Below, one piece after another: positions 46,162 through 55,963 of a stretch of 64,000 bases of DNA. Numbering within the stretch: the first letter of the stretch is position 1; each line of letters starts with the position of its first letter. Both the position numbers and the translations under genes were made by a program. Location: the NCBI GenBank assembly GCA_965204735.1, contig OZ242008.1, positions 1,856,001-1,920,000 on the forward strand. Reading direction: 5' to 3'. The notes under the pieces are model-generated. The model was not told where the DNA came from. It was given only the letters and a program-made list of their open reading frames with translations, and ran no database searches. Source of the stretch: Longimicrobiales bacterium. Its GTDB lineage: Bacteria > Gemmatimonadota > Gemmatimonadetes > Longimicrobiales > Gaopeijiaceae.

Positions 46162-46983
46162 TCAGAAGAGCGAGAACTGGACGGGAGCGGCTGCGCGCCG
46201 AAGCGCGGCCAAGTCGAGCCAAGCGGTGGGCTCGTGCGCCGGCGCCACCTCCACCAGCCCTCGGTAGCCCTTGGACCGAAGGACGGCGTCGACGGCGGTT
46301 CGGGCCAGCGCGGGGGTGTTGGACTCCTCGGAGAGGTGAGCGAGCACCACCGCCGACAGCCTGGGGCCGAAGACCTCGCCGACGAAGGCGGCCGCCGCTT
46401 GATTGGACATGTGGCCGTGGCTCGAAGCGATCCTGGCCTTGACGGCGGCCGGATACCCGGCGGACCACAGAAGCACCTCGTCGTGGTTGGCCTCGACGAT
46501 CAGCCCGTCGCATCCGCGCAGCGCGTGCTTGACTTGCGCCGTGGGCCGGCCAAGGTCGGTGGCGACGCCCAGGCGAAGGCCGCTCGTCTGTTCGACCAGG
46601 GCGAGCGCCACCGGCTCGACGGCGTCGTGGACCGTGACGAACGGTTCGATCAGCACGTCGCCCACCGTGAAGGGGTGGCCGGGGCGATAGGTGGCCACGT
46701 CTTCGGTTCCCCGGAGGAGCTTCGCGCACGCGCGTCGGGTCGCGGCGGTCATCAGCAGCCGGGTGCCGTGCGCCCGGGCGAACACGCCTGCGCCCCGCAC
46801 ATGGTCCCCGTGCTCGTGGGTCACCAGAATGGCGGCCAAGTCGCCGGGGGAGGCGCCGAGCACGGCCAAGCGCTTGCCCAGCTCCCGGCCGCTGAACCCG
46901 GCGTCCACGAGGATGCGCGTCGACCCGGCGGCCACCAGGGTCGAGTTGCCGCCGCTCCCGCTTCCCAGCACCGAGAAGCGCAC
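46162..46983 (-). CDS. MBL-fold metallo-hydrolase (YycJ/WalJ-like)
   Basis: VLGSGSGGN, THEHGDH, EANHD, GHMSN and AHLSEESN motifs. Confidence 0.9.
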   Translation of the reverse strand: MRFSVLGSGSGGNSTLVAAGSTRILVDAGFSGRELGKRLAVLGASPGDLAAILVTHEHGDHVRGAGVFARAHGTRLLMTAATRRACAKLLRGTEDVATYRPGHPFTVGDVLIEPFVTVHDAVEPVALALVEQTSGLRLGVATDLGRPTAQVKHALRGCDGLIVEANHDEVLLWSAGYPAAVKARIASSHGHMSNQAAAAFVGEVFGPRLSAVVLAHLSEESNTPALARTAVDAVLRSKGYRGLVEVAPAHEPTAWLDLAALRRAAAPVQFSLF

Positions 46984-46988
46984 CTGGG

Positions 46989-48326
46989 TCAGCCTGGGCG
47001 CGAACGGCCGGCGGGGCGCCCCGCCGCGGACGTCCTCCCGCGCAGGAAGGCGGTCTCGGCGAAGGCGCGACGGTAGAGACCGCGCATCCCGTCGGAGAGC
47101 TCCACGCCCCGCCGCGCCATCGCCCGCTCCGCCGTGGCCAGGAACCGCTCGACGTCGTGCTCCGCGGCGCCGCTCCCCGCGCCCCAGGAGAAGGGAGGCA
47201 CGTACTTGGGGGCCAAGCCGCCCCCGAAGAGGCAGGAGCCGGCCTCCACGACCGAGCCGGTGTTCAGCAGCGTGCCGATCGCGGTCCGCACATGGTCGCC
47301 GAGGAGGCATCCGGCCTTGAGAAGTCCGGTGTCGACGACCCGGTCCCGGACGCGGGCGCGAACGAGGCCGTAGCTGTTCTTCAGGTCCGAGTTCGTGGTC
47401 ATCGCGCCCAGGTTCGCCCAGCGCCCGACGATCGAGCGGCCCAGAAACCCGTCGTGGGCCTTGTTCGCGAAGCCCAGGACCACCGTGGACTCGACCTCGC
47501 CGCGGACCTTGCAGCACGGCCCCAGGCTGGATGCGGACACGGAGCCGCCGAGGACGGTCGTGCCAGCTCCGGCGTAGAACGGCCCCGCGACCCGCGAGTG
47601 GGCGCGCACATGGACGTCCGCTTCCAGGACGATCGGGCCGGCAGTGGCGTCCAGCACGACGCCGGGTTCCACGACCGCCCCTTCGCCGAGGGCGATTCGG
47701 CCGCTGCCGAGACGATGGACCGACGCGGGCGGGTCGGTCTCGGCGAACCGTGCCGCGTCCGCGCGGATCCTGTCCTCGTTGGCGTCCATCAGCTCCCAGG
47801 GCGAGCGCAGCAGCCGTCCTGCCACGGGCACGGTCGGCCAGTCGGGGTAGAGGCCGGCGGTCAGCCGCCGGGGGAATGGCGTCCCGGGAGGCAGCCACGC
47901 GCCCGCCGTCGCGGCGCCGATGGGAGAACCGCCCGCCGCCGCGGCGGGGAACGGCCCGTCCGGGGCTTCCTCTTCGCCGCCTCGGCGGTGGGCGGCCAGC
48001 AGGAGCGGGCGGTCGCCCAGCCGGCGCAGGAGTTCGTCGCGAAAGCCGCCGCCGGCGTCGGGAACGAAACGGCTGGAAAGCACGAGACGCCCGCCGTCCG
48101 CGCCCACCTCGGCGCCCGTCGCCCAGGGCGGGACCCCCTCTTCCCGGAAGCCCGCCATTCTCGAGTCCGCCACATGACCCTCGCACGCTCGGCCGAGCGC
48201 CCGCTCGGCTCGGGCCCGCAGGGTCTCCGTGCCGAAGAGGAGCTCGCCCACCGGGCGCGTGAGGGCGAAGGGAAGCCAGCATCGTGCTTCCTGGTCGTCA
48301 AGAACAAGTAGGTGAAACATCGTCAA
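46989..48326 (-). CDS. Putative sugar nucleotidyl/acetyltransferase with left-handed beta-helix (GlmU-related)
   Basis: PFALTRPVGELLFG, hexapeptide region, NKAHDGFLG and NLGAMTTNSDLKNSYG motifs. Confidence 0.8.
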   Translation of the reverse strand: MTMFHLLVLDDQEARCWLPFALTRPVGELLFGTETLRARAERALGRACEGHVADSRMAGFREEGVPPWATGAEVGADGGRLVLSSRFVPDAGGGFRDELLRRLGDRPLLLAAHRRGGEEEAPDGPFPAAAAGGSPIGAATAGAWLPPGTPFPRRLTAGLYPDWPTVPVAGRLLRSPWELMDANEDRIRADAARFAETDPPASVHRLGSGRIALGEGAVVEPGVVLDATAGPIVLEADVHVRAHSRVAGPFYAGAGTTVLGGSVSASSLGPCCKVRGEVESTVVLGFANKAHDGFLGRSIVGRWANLGAMTTNSDLKNSYGLVRARVRDRVVDTGLLKAGCLLGDHVRTAIGTLLNTGSVVEAGSCLFGGGLAPKYVPPFSWGAGSGAAEHDVERFLATAERAMARRGVELSDGMRGLYRRAFAETAFLRGRTSAAGRPAGRSRPG

Positions 48327-49384
48327 CTACAATCTAAATCATCATTTAGATCGACTTGATTCAAGTATCGCTTTATATTGGCGGATTCGCTCCTGGGGAT
48401 GACCAGGGTCACCTCGCCGGCCCGCGCCACCAGGAGGTCGCTCACTCCCGCCACCACCACGCGGCCCGACTCGGCGAAGACGATGTTTCGCCGGGCCTCG
48501 GCGGTCTGCACGTCGCCGTGGCAGACGTTGCCCGATGCATCGGCCTGCCTGATCCTCGCCAGGGCCTCCCAGCTGCCCACGTCCTCCCACTCGAACGTGG
48601 CGTCGATCGAGCCCACCCGACGGCTCCGTTCCAGCACCGCCACGTCCACGGCCGCCGTCCCGGCGTCCCGGAAGTAGGAGGCCGCGTCGCCCCGCTCCAG
48701 ATGGGGCAGGGCGCGGGCGATCTTGGGCGCTTGGGCCTCCACCTCGGCGAGGAAGGTCTTCACCGGCCAGACGAAGATCCCCGTGTTCCATCGGTACCCC
48801 TTCTCGACGTACCGGGCGGCGGCTTCGGCGCCGGGCTTCTCCACGAAGGAGCGCACGCGGTACGCCCGGTGTCCCTCGGGCGCGGGCAGGAGCTCGCCGG
48901 GCTCGAGGTAGCCGTAGCCGGTCTCGGGCCGATCGGGAGGCGCCGCAACGGTCACCAGCAAGCGTTCCTTCCTCGCCAGCTCCACGCCCGCCGCCAGGAC
49001 TTCCCGAAACGCCGCGTCCGGTCGAACGGCCGCGTCGGCGTGAAGGGAGACGTGCACGGCTTCGGGGTCGGCTCGGGCGATCTCCCAGGCCGCGCGCACC
49101 AGCGCCGAGGCGGTGCCCCCGCCCGGAGGAGGCTCCGTCAGAAAGGAAGCTCGGTCGAGCCCGGCGGCCGCTTGCAGCGGCTCGACCAGCTTCTCTTGGG
49201 TGAGAACCTTGACCCGCTCCGGCGGCACGAACCCCCGCAACCGATTCAGGGTGTCCACCAGAAGCGGGTTGGGGCTGGCCAAGGGCAGGAGCTGCTTGGG
49301 CCGCTCGGGCGTGCTCAGGGGCCAGAACCGGGATCCCGCGCCGCCGGCGAGTATCGTCACCCAAGCGTCGAGCCGGGATGTCAC
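48323..49384 (-). CDS. manC: Mannose-1-phosphate guanylyltransferase
   Basis: ILAGGAGSRFWPLSTPERPKQ, PETGYGY, FVEKP, WNTGIF and WEDVGSW motifs. Confidence 0.9.
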   Translation of the reverse strand: MTSRLDAWVTILAGGAGSRFWPLSTPERPKQLLPLASPNPLLVDTLNRLRGFVPPERVKVLTQEKLVEPLQAAAGLDRASFLTEPPPGGGTASALVRAAWEIARADPEAVHVSLHADAAVRPDAAFREVLAAGVELARKERLLVTVAAPPDRPETGYGYLEPGELLPAPEGHRAYRVRSFVEKPGAEAAARYVEKGYRWNTGIFVWPVKTFLAEVEAQAPKIARALPHLERGDAASYFRDAGTAAVDVAVLERSRRVGSIDATFEWEDVGSWEALARIRQADASGNVCHGDVQTAEARRNIVFAESGRVVVAGVSDLLVARAGEVTLVIPRSESANIKRYLNQVDLNDDLDCS

Positions 49385-49843
49385 GAAGCACCTCCGCGTG
49401 GTCGAGGCGGCCGCCGACAGCGACCGGGCGCCGAAGCCGCCGGCGTCGCCGGAAGCCGCGCGTCTCCGGGCCGGCGAGCCCGGCCTCCGAGACTACTCTT
49501 GGGCGCCTGGACATTCAAGTTCGGCTTCCCCAGCAACTCGAGCCGGCTTCGCCAGTGTCGGACCGAGGCGCGGCGAACCCGTGCAGGCGGCCGGGACCCT
49601 GTGGACGGTCTCGAAGCGCTCGACGCCGGGCCGGCGGAGCCCGCGTGCGCAGTTGGGACCTTGTACGGCTCCGGGTCGCGGACTTCTTGTTGGCGGCGAA
49701 CCGCGCGCAGGCGGCCGGGACGCCTGGAACAGACCCGGATACGGGAACATCAACCGGCGAACCGCGCGCACGCGGCCGAGACGCCGATTCGGAGATCGTC
49801 GGCAGTGTTGACCGGCATGGCGCCGGCGGCTAGCATCGAGGAC

Positions 49844-50401
49844 ATGAGGTTACGCAGCTTCCTTGTCGCGGCCGTGGCGGGGGCCGTCCTGCCGGCCGCT
49901 TGCAGCGACGACCCCTTCGCCGTGCGCTGGGAGGCGAACCCCGACACGGTTCGTCTCTTCGCCCTCTCCCACCCGACGCCCAACCTGCACTCGGCCTTCG
50001 ACTTCTTCCCGCGGACTCCGGTCCGGGTCGAGGCTCCGACGACGGGGCGCTCGTGGGACTTGGCCGTGGACGTCCGGGACGGCGCGTTCGTGTGGTTGCC
50101 GCCGGGCGCCTTGGGGATCGTCTCCCAGTCGGGGGTGGCCACGCTGGACGGCGAGACATTTCTCTCCGCCGAGCAGGCGCCGGCCGACAGGTCGGAGTAC
50201 GTCTCCGACGCGCCTGTGCCCATCGCTGCGGGACAGGTGTACGCCGTCCGCACCCGGCGCCATCCGGGCCTCTTCGGCACCCAGTGCAACTACTACGGAA
50301 AGATCGAGCCGCTGGTGGTCGACGTGGCCGCGAGGACGATCGTCTTCCAGTTCGACGTGAGCGGCGCCTGCAACAACCGCAGCTTGGTTCCACCGGACTG
50401 A
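49844..50401 (+). CDS. Hypothetical lipoprotein
   Basis: MRLRSFLVAAVAGAVLPAAC lipobox; two further Cys near the C-terminus; directly upstream of serS. Confidence 0.75.
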   Translation: MRLRSFLVAAVAGAVLPAACSDDPFAVRWEANPDTVRLFALSHPTPNLHSAFDFFPRTPVRVEAPTTGRSWDLAVDVRDGAFVWLPPGALGIVSQSGVATLDGETFLSAEQAPADRSEYVSDAPVPIAAGQVYAVRTRRHPGLFGTQCNYYGKIEPLVVDVAARTIVFQFDVSGACNNRSLVPPD

Positions 50402-50407
50402 TCCTCG

Positions 50408-51691
50408 GTGCTGGACATCGGGCGCGTGCGCCGCGACGCCGCCGGCGTGTCCGAGGCGCTGACGCGAAGAAAGCTGTCCGAGGCGCCCGAACGGATCGAA
50501 GCGCTGCGGGCAAGGGACTCGGCGCGGCGCGAGGCCCTTTCCCGGGCCAACGTCCTGAGGGCCGAGCGAAACCGGGTCTCCAAGGAGATCGGCGCGGCCA
50601 AGCGACGGGGCGAGGACGCCGAGGCCGAGATCGCCCGCATGAAGGAGGTCGGGGACCGCATCCAGGCGCTGGACGCGGTCGTGGCCGCTGCGGACGAATG
50701 GGTCGCCGCGGAGCTGGCGGGCATCCCCAACCTCCCGGACCCCCGGGTGCCCGAAGGGGACGATTCGGCCAACCGCGTCGTCCGGGAGTGGGGGACGCCA
50801 AGGCCGGCGCCGGGCCCCGGCCGGCCTCATTGGGAGATCGGCGAGTCGCTGGGGATACTGGACCTGAAGCGGGGCGCCAAGATGTCGGGCTCCGGCTTTC
50901 CCGTCCTGCGGGGCAAGGGCGCGGCGCTGCAGCGGGGGCTGGTGGACTGGATGATCCGCCTTCACGCGGAAGAGCACCGATACACGGAAGTGCGCGTCCC
51001 CTACTTGGTGACCGAGGACGCGATGACGGGCACGGGCCAGCTTCCCAAGTTCGCCGACGAGTCCTACGCGACCCGTCGGGACGGGCTTTGGCTCATCCCC
51101 ACGGCCGAGGTCCCCGTCACCAACCTGCACCGGAACGAGATCCTGGCGGGGCGATCGCTGCCCCGAAAGTACGTGGCCTACTCGCCCTGCTTCCGACGGG
51201 AAGCCGGGGCGGCCGGCAAGGACACGAGAGGACTGCTGCGGGTTCACCAGTTCGACAAGGTCGAGCTGGTCCGCTTCGAGTCGCCCGAGGAAAGCGGCGC
51301 CGCGCTGGACGAGCTGGTGGGGGAAGCGGCCCGAACCCTGGAGCTGCTGGGCTTGCCGCACCGGGTCGTCCTCCTGGCCAGCGGCGACCTGGGCTTTTCC
51401 GCCTCCATGACCTACGACCTGGAAGTGTGGGCGCCGGGCGTGGAGAGATGGCTGGAGGTGTCCAGCTGCTCCACCTTCACCGACTTCCAGGCCCGGCGAG
51501 CGAAGATCCGCTTCCGCCCGTCCCCGGGCGCCGGCGCCGAGTTCCTGCACACCCTCAACGGATCGGCGCTGGCGCTGCCCCGAGTGGTGGCCGCCCTTCT
51601 GGAGACGGGCCAGCAGGACGACGGCTCGGTGCGGCTCCCGGAGGTCCTGGAATCCGTCCTGGGCTTCATCGAGATCGACGCCGAGGAGTAG
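50408..51691 (+). CDS. serS: Serine--tRNA ligase
   Basis: GTGQLPKF, LIPTAEVP, CFRREAGAAG, RVHQFDKVE, EVSSCS and HTLNGSALA motifs. Confidence 0.98.
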   Translation: MLDIGRVRRDAAGVSEALTRRKLSEAPERIEALRARDSARREALSRANVLRAERNRVSKEIGAAKRRGEDAEAEIARMKEVGDRIQALDAVVAAADEWVAAELAGIPNLPDPRVPEGDDSANRVVREWGTPRPAPGPGRPHWEIGESLGILDLKRGAKMSGSGFPVLRGKGAALQRGLVDWMIRLHAEEHRYTEVRVPYLVTEDAMTGTGQLPKFADESYATRRDGLWLIPTAEVPVTNLHRNEILAGRSLPRKYVAYSPCFRREAGAAGKDTRGLLRVHQFDKVELVRFESPEESGAALDELVGEAARTLELLGLPHRVVLLASGDLGFSASMTYDLEVWAPGVERWLEVSSCSTFTDFQARRAKIRFRPSPGAGAEFLHTLNGSALALPRVVAALLETGQQDDGSVRLPEVLESVLGFIEIDAEE

Positions 51692-51697
51692 CGGGGC

Positions 51698-52900
51698 GTG
51701 ACCGCCGCCACGTCGCGGACCTGGCCCGCGGCCCTGGGGCTCCTCTTCATCGTGCTGATGGCTTGGTACATCGTCTACACCGCCGAGATCGTGCGGTCGC
51801 GGCAGGCCGACGCCGAGACCTTCACCCGCATCTACGCGGAGGTGCAGCAGGGGCTGACGAGTCCCGAGCCGGGAGCGGAGCTGGCCGCGCTGGCGCGCCT
51901 GCAGCAGCTCCTGGTCGAGCTTGGCGTGCCCTTCGTCGTCACCACCGAGCCGGGGGGACTCTACTACACCTCGGCAAACCTTCCTTTCCCCGTCTCTTCG
52001 CCGCCGACGCCCGACGAAGAGGAACGGATACTCCAGTACGCAAGGGAGGTGCTCGACGCCCGCAACTCGCCGGTCGGCGACGCGGGCAGCCAGCTGGTGC
52101 ACTACGGGATCACCTCCGAAGCCGCCCGCCTCCAGTGGATGCCCTTCCTGTGGGCGGCGGGTCTCCTCATCACCGTGCTCCTGGCCGTCACCGTCTTTCG
52201 CTACCAGCGGAGGGCGACGACGGAGCAGGCGTGGACGGCGATGGCGAGGGAGCTGGCCCACCAGCTGGGCACCCCCATCAGCTCCTTGCAGGGATGGGCC
52301 GAGCTGCTGGGGCTCCCGGCCCAGGACCGCCCCGGCCGGATGACCAGGAAGGAGATCGCCGCCGCCATCGAGGAGGACATGCTGCGGCTCGAACGGGTGA
52401 GCCGCCGCTTCGAGCTCATAGGCAGGGACTTGGAGCTGGGTCGCGTCTCCCTTCGGGACGTGATCGGGGAGCTCCGGGGGTACATGGAGGCCCGTCTGCC
52501 CCGGCTCGGCCCGGGCGTCGCGCTCCACGTGGACGTGCCCGAGGACCTGCCGGACGTCCAGGGCCACCAAGTCCTGCTGGCCTGGGCGCTGGAGAATGTG
52601 GTCAAGAACGCCCTGGACGCGGTGGCGGGGACGGGCGGCTCGATCACCATCTCGGCGCGCCCGGCCGAGGGGCGCTGGGTGGTGCTCTGGATACGGGACA
52701 CGGGGCCGGGCGTTTCCGCCGAGATCCGGGACCGGATATTCGATCCGGGGGTGACCACCAAGTCGAGCGGATGGGGCGTGGGCCTGACGCTCGCTCGACG
52801 GATCGTGGAGAGCGTCCACGGAGGGCGGATCGAACTGCTGGACGGGTGGGAGCGGGGCGTTACGTTCCAGGTCCGGCTCCCCCGGGCATCCGGCTCCTGA
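51698..52900 (+). CDS. Membrane sensor histidine kinase
   Basis: Two TM segments; ARELAHQLGTPISSL H-box; ENVVKNALDA; DTGPG; GWGVGL. Confidence 0.92.
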   Translation: MTAATSRTWPAALGLLFIVLMAWYIVYTAEIVRSRQADAETFTRIYAEVQQGLTSPEPGAELAALARLQQLLVELGVPFVVTTEPGGLYYTSANLPFPVSSPPTPDEEERILQYAREVLDARNSPVGDAGSQLVHYGITSEAARLQWMPFLWAAGLLITVLLAVTVFRYQRRATTEQAWTAMARELAHQLGTPISSLQGWAELLGLPAQDRPGRMTRKEIAAAIEEDMLRLERVSRRFELIGRDLELGRVSLRDVIGELRGYMEARLPRLGPGVALHVDVPEDLPDVQGHQVLLAWALENVVKNALDAVAGTGGSITISARPAEGRWVVLWIRDTGPGVSAEIRDRIFDPGVTTKSSGWGVGLTLARRIVESVHGGRIELLDGWERGVTFQVRLPRASGS

Positions 52901-52957
52901 CCGGCTCGGGCCGCCCTCCGAAGCGTCGTCGCCGAGCCCCGCCGCCTCTCCCGGTCC

Positions 52958-55240
52958 ATGTCGAAACACCGCATCGACGCCGGCGTCGCCCTCAACCCGG
53001 AGCAGCGGGAGGCCGTCGAGCACCTTGAAGGTCCCGCCCTCGTCCTGGCGGGGGCGGGCTCGGGCAAGACGCGGGTCCTCACAACGCGCATCTGCCGCTT
53101 GGTGGCGGAGCACGGGGTGCCTCCGTGGAGGATCATGGCGGTCACCTTCACCAACAAGGCGGCCGGCGAGATGCGCGAACGCGTGACGGCCATGCTGGAC
53201 GCCGACCCCCGGGGGATCTGGCTGGGCACCTTCCACGCCCTCGGCGCCCGGATGCTCCGACGCCACGCCGTTCTCGCGGGCCTCCGCCCCACCTTCTCGA
53301 TCCTCGACGCGGAGCAGTCCCTGCGACAGGTCAAGCGCGCGGCAGCCGACGCGGGCCTGGACCCGAAGCGCTGGTCGCCCAAGGGGTTCCGGACGCACAT
53401 CTCTACCGCCAAGAACCAGCTGGTGGGCCCTGCCGCCTTCGAGCGCGACCACGGACTCGACCACGACCTCGTGCTCCGCAACACGGCGCGGGTGTACCCC
53501 GTCTACCAAGCCGCGCTTCGAGAGCAGAACGCGGTGGACTTCGACGACCTTCTGGCGCTGCCGGTCCGTCTTCTGGAGAACAACGCCGAGCTGCTGGCGG
53601 GGTACCGGGAGCAGTTCGCCTTCCTGCTGGTGGACGAGTACCAGGACACCAACCACGCCCAGTTCCGGCTGCTGGAGCTTCTGGCCGGGCAAGGAGGCAA
53701 CTTGATGGTGGTGGGCGACGACGACCAAAGCATCTACGGCTGGAGGGGCGCCGACATCCGGAACATCCTCGACTTCGAGAAGGGCTTCCCGGGCGCCAAG
53801 ACCGTCAGGCTGGAGCGCAACTACCGCTCCACCGCGGTGATCCTGTCGGCCGCCAACGCCGTCATCCGGCAGAACCGCGACCGCAAGCCCAAGACCCTTC
53901 GCACCGACCGCGCCCAGGGTCCGCCCGTGACCTGCCTGGAAGCTGCGGACGAGGTGGACGAAGCGGCGTGGATCCCCGCCGAGATCGAGCGCGCGATGCT
54001 TGCGGACCCGCAGCTGGACCACAAGGACTTCGCGGTTCTCTACCGCACCAACGCCCAGGCCCGGGCCATGGAGGACGGGTTCCGCCGACGGGGCGTGCCC
54101 TACCAGGTCGTCGGCGGCGTGCGCTTCTACGAGCGCCGGGAGGTGCAGGACGTCCTGGCGTACCTTCGCCTGATCTCCAACCCCCGGGACCGGGACGCCT
54201 TTGCGCGCGTGGCCAACTACCCCAGGCGGGGCGTTGGACGCGTGAGCCTCGAGCGGCTGGGGGCCTTCGCCGCAGGGTCGTCCATCACGCTTCTGGAGGC
54301 CGCGGCGGAGGCGGCCCGGGCACCGGGAGTTCCCCCTGCGGGCAGGCGCGGACTGGTCGAGTTCGCCGGCTTGGTCCGCAGGTACTCGGCTCGGGCCGCC
54401 GCCACGTCGGTGGGGCAGCTGCTGGAGGAGCTGGTCGACGAGCTGGGCCTGCTCGCCGTGCTCCGCGACGAGGGGCCGGACGGCGAAGACCGGGCCGACA
54501 ACGTGCGGGAGCTGGTGGCGGGCGCCGGCGACTTCCAGGCCGAGCTGGAGGACGACGAGGACCGGGACGCCTTCACCGACCTGGACCTCTTCCTGCAGCA
54601 GGTGGCGCTGGTGGCCGACGTGGACCGCCACGACCCCGACGCCGACGCCGTCGCTCTCATGACGCTCCACAGCGCCAAGGGACTGGAGTTCCCCGTCGTC
54701 TTCATCAGCGGCATGGAGGAAGGCCTCTTCCCCCTGGCCCGTTCCTACGACGAACGCCGGCTGCTGGAGGAGGAGCGACGGCTGTTCTACGTGGGAGCGA
54801 CCCGCGCCCGGGAGAAGCTCTACCTGACCCACGCCCGGCGCCGGCGCAGGGCCGGCGAGGTCGCCTTCAGCCCCCTCTCCAGCTTCGCAAGCGTCTTGAC
54901 CGGCGACCTGGAGACCAAGACCACGCCCCAAGCGCCTTCGCGAGGGCGGGCCGGGCGGCAAGGCTTCGGCGGCGCCGTCGCGGATTGGCGAGGGCGGACG
55001 GCAGGACGGACGGAGCGGGGGGGTTGGGCGGGACGGACGGCCCACGGGGACGAGGAGTTCGACCAGGACCGTCCCAGCTACCGGAAGGGCGAAGGGGTCG
55101 TGCACGAGACCTTCGGCTCCGGCACCATCGTCGAGCTGGCGGGCTTCGGCCGCGACCTCAAGGTGGTGGTGGACTTCGGCGATGCGGGACGGAAGAAGCT
55201 GCTGGTGCGCTACGCCGGACTGCAGAAGGACTACTTCTGA
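52958..55240 (+). CDS. uvrD: ATP-dependent DNA helicase UvrD/PcrA
   Basis: AGAGSGKT, TFTNKAA, VDEYQDTN, VGDDDQSIY, MTLHSAKGLEF and EEERRLFYVG motifs; C-terminal Tudor-like domain. Confidence 0.95.
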   Translation: MSKHRIDAGVALNPEQREAVEHLEGPALVLAGAGSGKTRVLTTRICRLVAEHGVPPWRIMAVTFTNKAAGEMRERVTAMLDADPRGIWLGTFHALGARMLRRHAVLAGLRPTFSILDAEQSLRQVKRAAADAGLDPKRWSPKGFRTHISTAKNQLVGPAAFERDHGLDHDLVLRNTARVYPVYQAALREQNAVDFDDLLALPVRLLENNAELLAGYREQFAFLLVDEYQDTNHAQFRLLELLAGQGGNLMVVGDDDQSIYGWRGADIRNILDFEKGFPGAKTVRLERNYRSTAVILSAANAVIRQNRDRKPKTLRTDRAQGPPVTCLEAADEVDEAAWIPAEIERAMLADPQLDHKDFAVLYRTNAQARAMEDGFRRRGVPYQVVGGVRFYERREVQDVLAYLRLISNPRDRDAFARVANYPRRGVGRVSLERLGAFAAGSSITLLEAAAEAARAPGVPPAGRRGLVEFAGLVRRYSARAAATSVGQLLEELVDELGLLAVLRDEGPDGEDRADNVRELVAGAGDFQAELEDDEDRDAFTDLDLFLQQVALVADVDRHDPDADAVALMTLHSAKGLEFPVVFISGMEEGLFPLARSYDERRLLEEERRLFYVGATRAREKLYLTHARRRRRAGEVAFSPLSSFASVLTGDLETKTTPQAPSRGRAGRQGFGGAVADWRGRTAGRTERGGWAGRTAHGDEEFDQDRPSYRKGEGVVHETFGSGTIVELAGFGRDLKVVVDFGDAGRKKLLVRYAGLQKDYF

Positions 55241-55917
55241 CCCGTCCCGCCGTCTGCTTCCGCGCCGCGTTCCGCGCCGTCGATCCGGCCGCCGCCCGGC
55301 GGGGCGTCGCCGTCCATGCCGTGGGTCCGCGGGCCGCCGGCGCGCGGCGCGGAGTCGCCTTCCAGGCCGGCGGTTCCCGGGTTGCCGTCGCCCGCCGCGT
55401 CGTCGGCCTCGCCAGATTCGGGCGCGTCGGCGGCCTGGGCGGCTTCGGGCGCCGCGCTCCCCTTGCTCGCCCGCTGCAGCAAGCCGGCCCCGCGCCGGAA
55501 GATCCGCAGCTTCGCCGCCGCGTCGAGCACCGCCTCCTCCGCCTCGGACTGGATCAAGTCCAGGAGCGCCGAGAGCTCGGCCAGCCGCTTCCGCAGGTGG
55601 AGCGCGGCGTCGTCCAGCCCGCCGGCGATCCCTCCCAGCGCGCTGGTGGCCCGCACCACTTCGGATCGGACGGCCTCGGCGGCCCGGTCCAGGTTCCGCG
55701 CCGCGCTCGCCGCGTGCCGCAGGAGGGGCTGGGCGTCCTCGGTGGTCTCGGCCACGAACTTGCTCCAGCCCTTGGAGAGCTTTCGGAGCTCGCCCAGCAC
55801 GAGGACCAGCACGACCAGGACGGCCACGAAGAGCGCGGCCAAGCCGACCAGGACCCAGCCGGCCGCCGATTCCAGGGCGCCCCGCGCGAGTGCGACGACG
55901 ACGGTGTCTTGAGGCAT
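55231..55917 (-). CDS. Hypothetical membrane protein (one TM plus coiled coil, DUF948-like)
   Basis: N-terminal TM WVLVGLAALFVAVLVVLVLVLG followed by heptad-rich helix; fills the uvrD-murA gap. Confidence 0.65.
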   Translation of the reverse strand: MPQDTVVVALARGALESAAGWVLVGLAALFVAVLVVLVLVLGELRKLSKGWSKFVAETTEDAQPLLRHAASAARNLDRAAEAVRSEVVRATSALGGIAGGLDDAALHLRKRLAELSALLDLIQSEAEEAVLDAAAKLRIFRRGAGLLQRASKGSAAPEAAQAADAPESGEADDAAGDGNPGTAGLEGDSAPRAGGPRTHGMDGDAPPGGGRIDGAERGAEADGGTGQK

Positions 55918-55963
55918 CCTCCGAAGCTACAAGCGCCGCGGGGAATTCGGTATCTTGCCCGTC

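Noticed and set aside
49385..49843. 460-bp gap between manC and the lipoprotein as a hidden gene or ncRNA
   Set aside because: The ORFs here are low-complexity without motifs and I recognised no RNA family; treated as a divergent promoter region.
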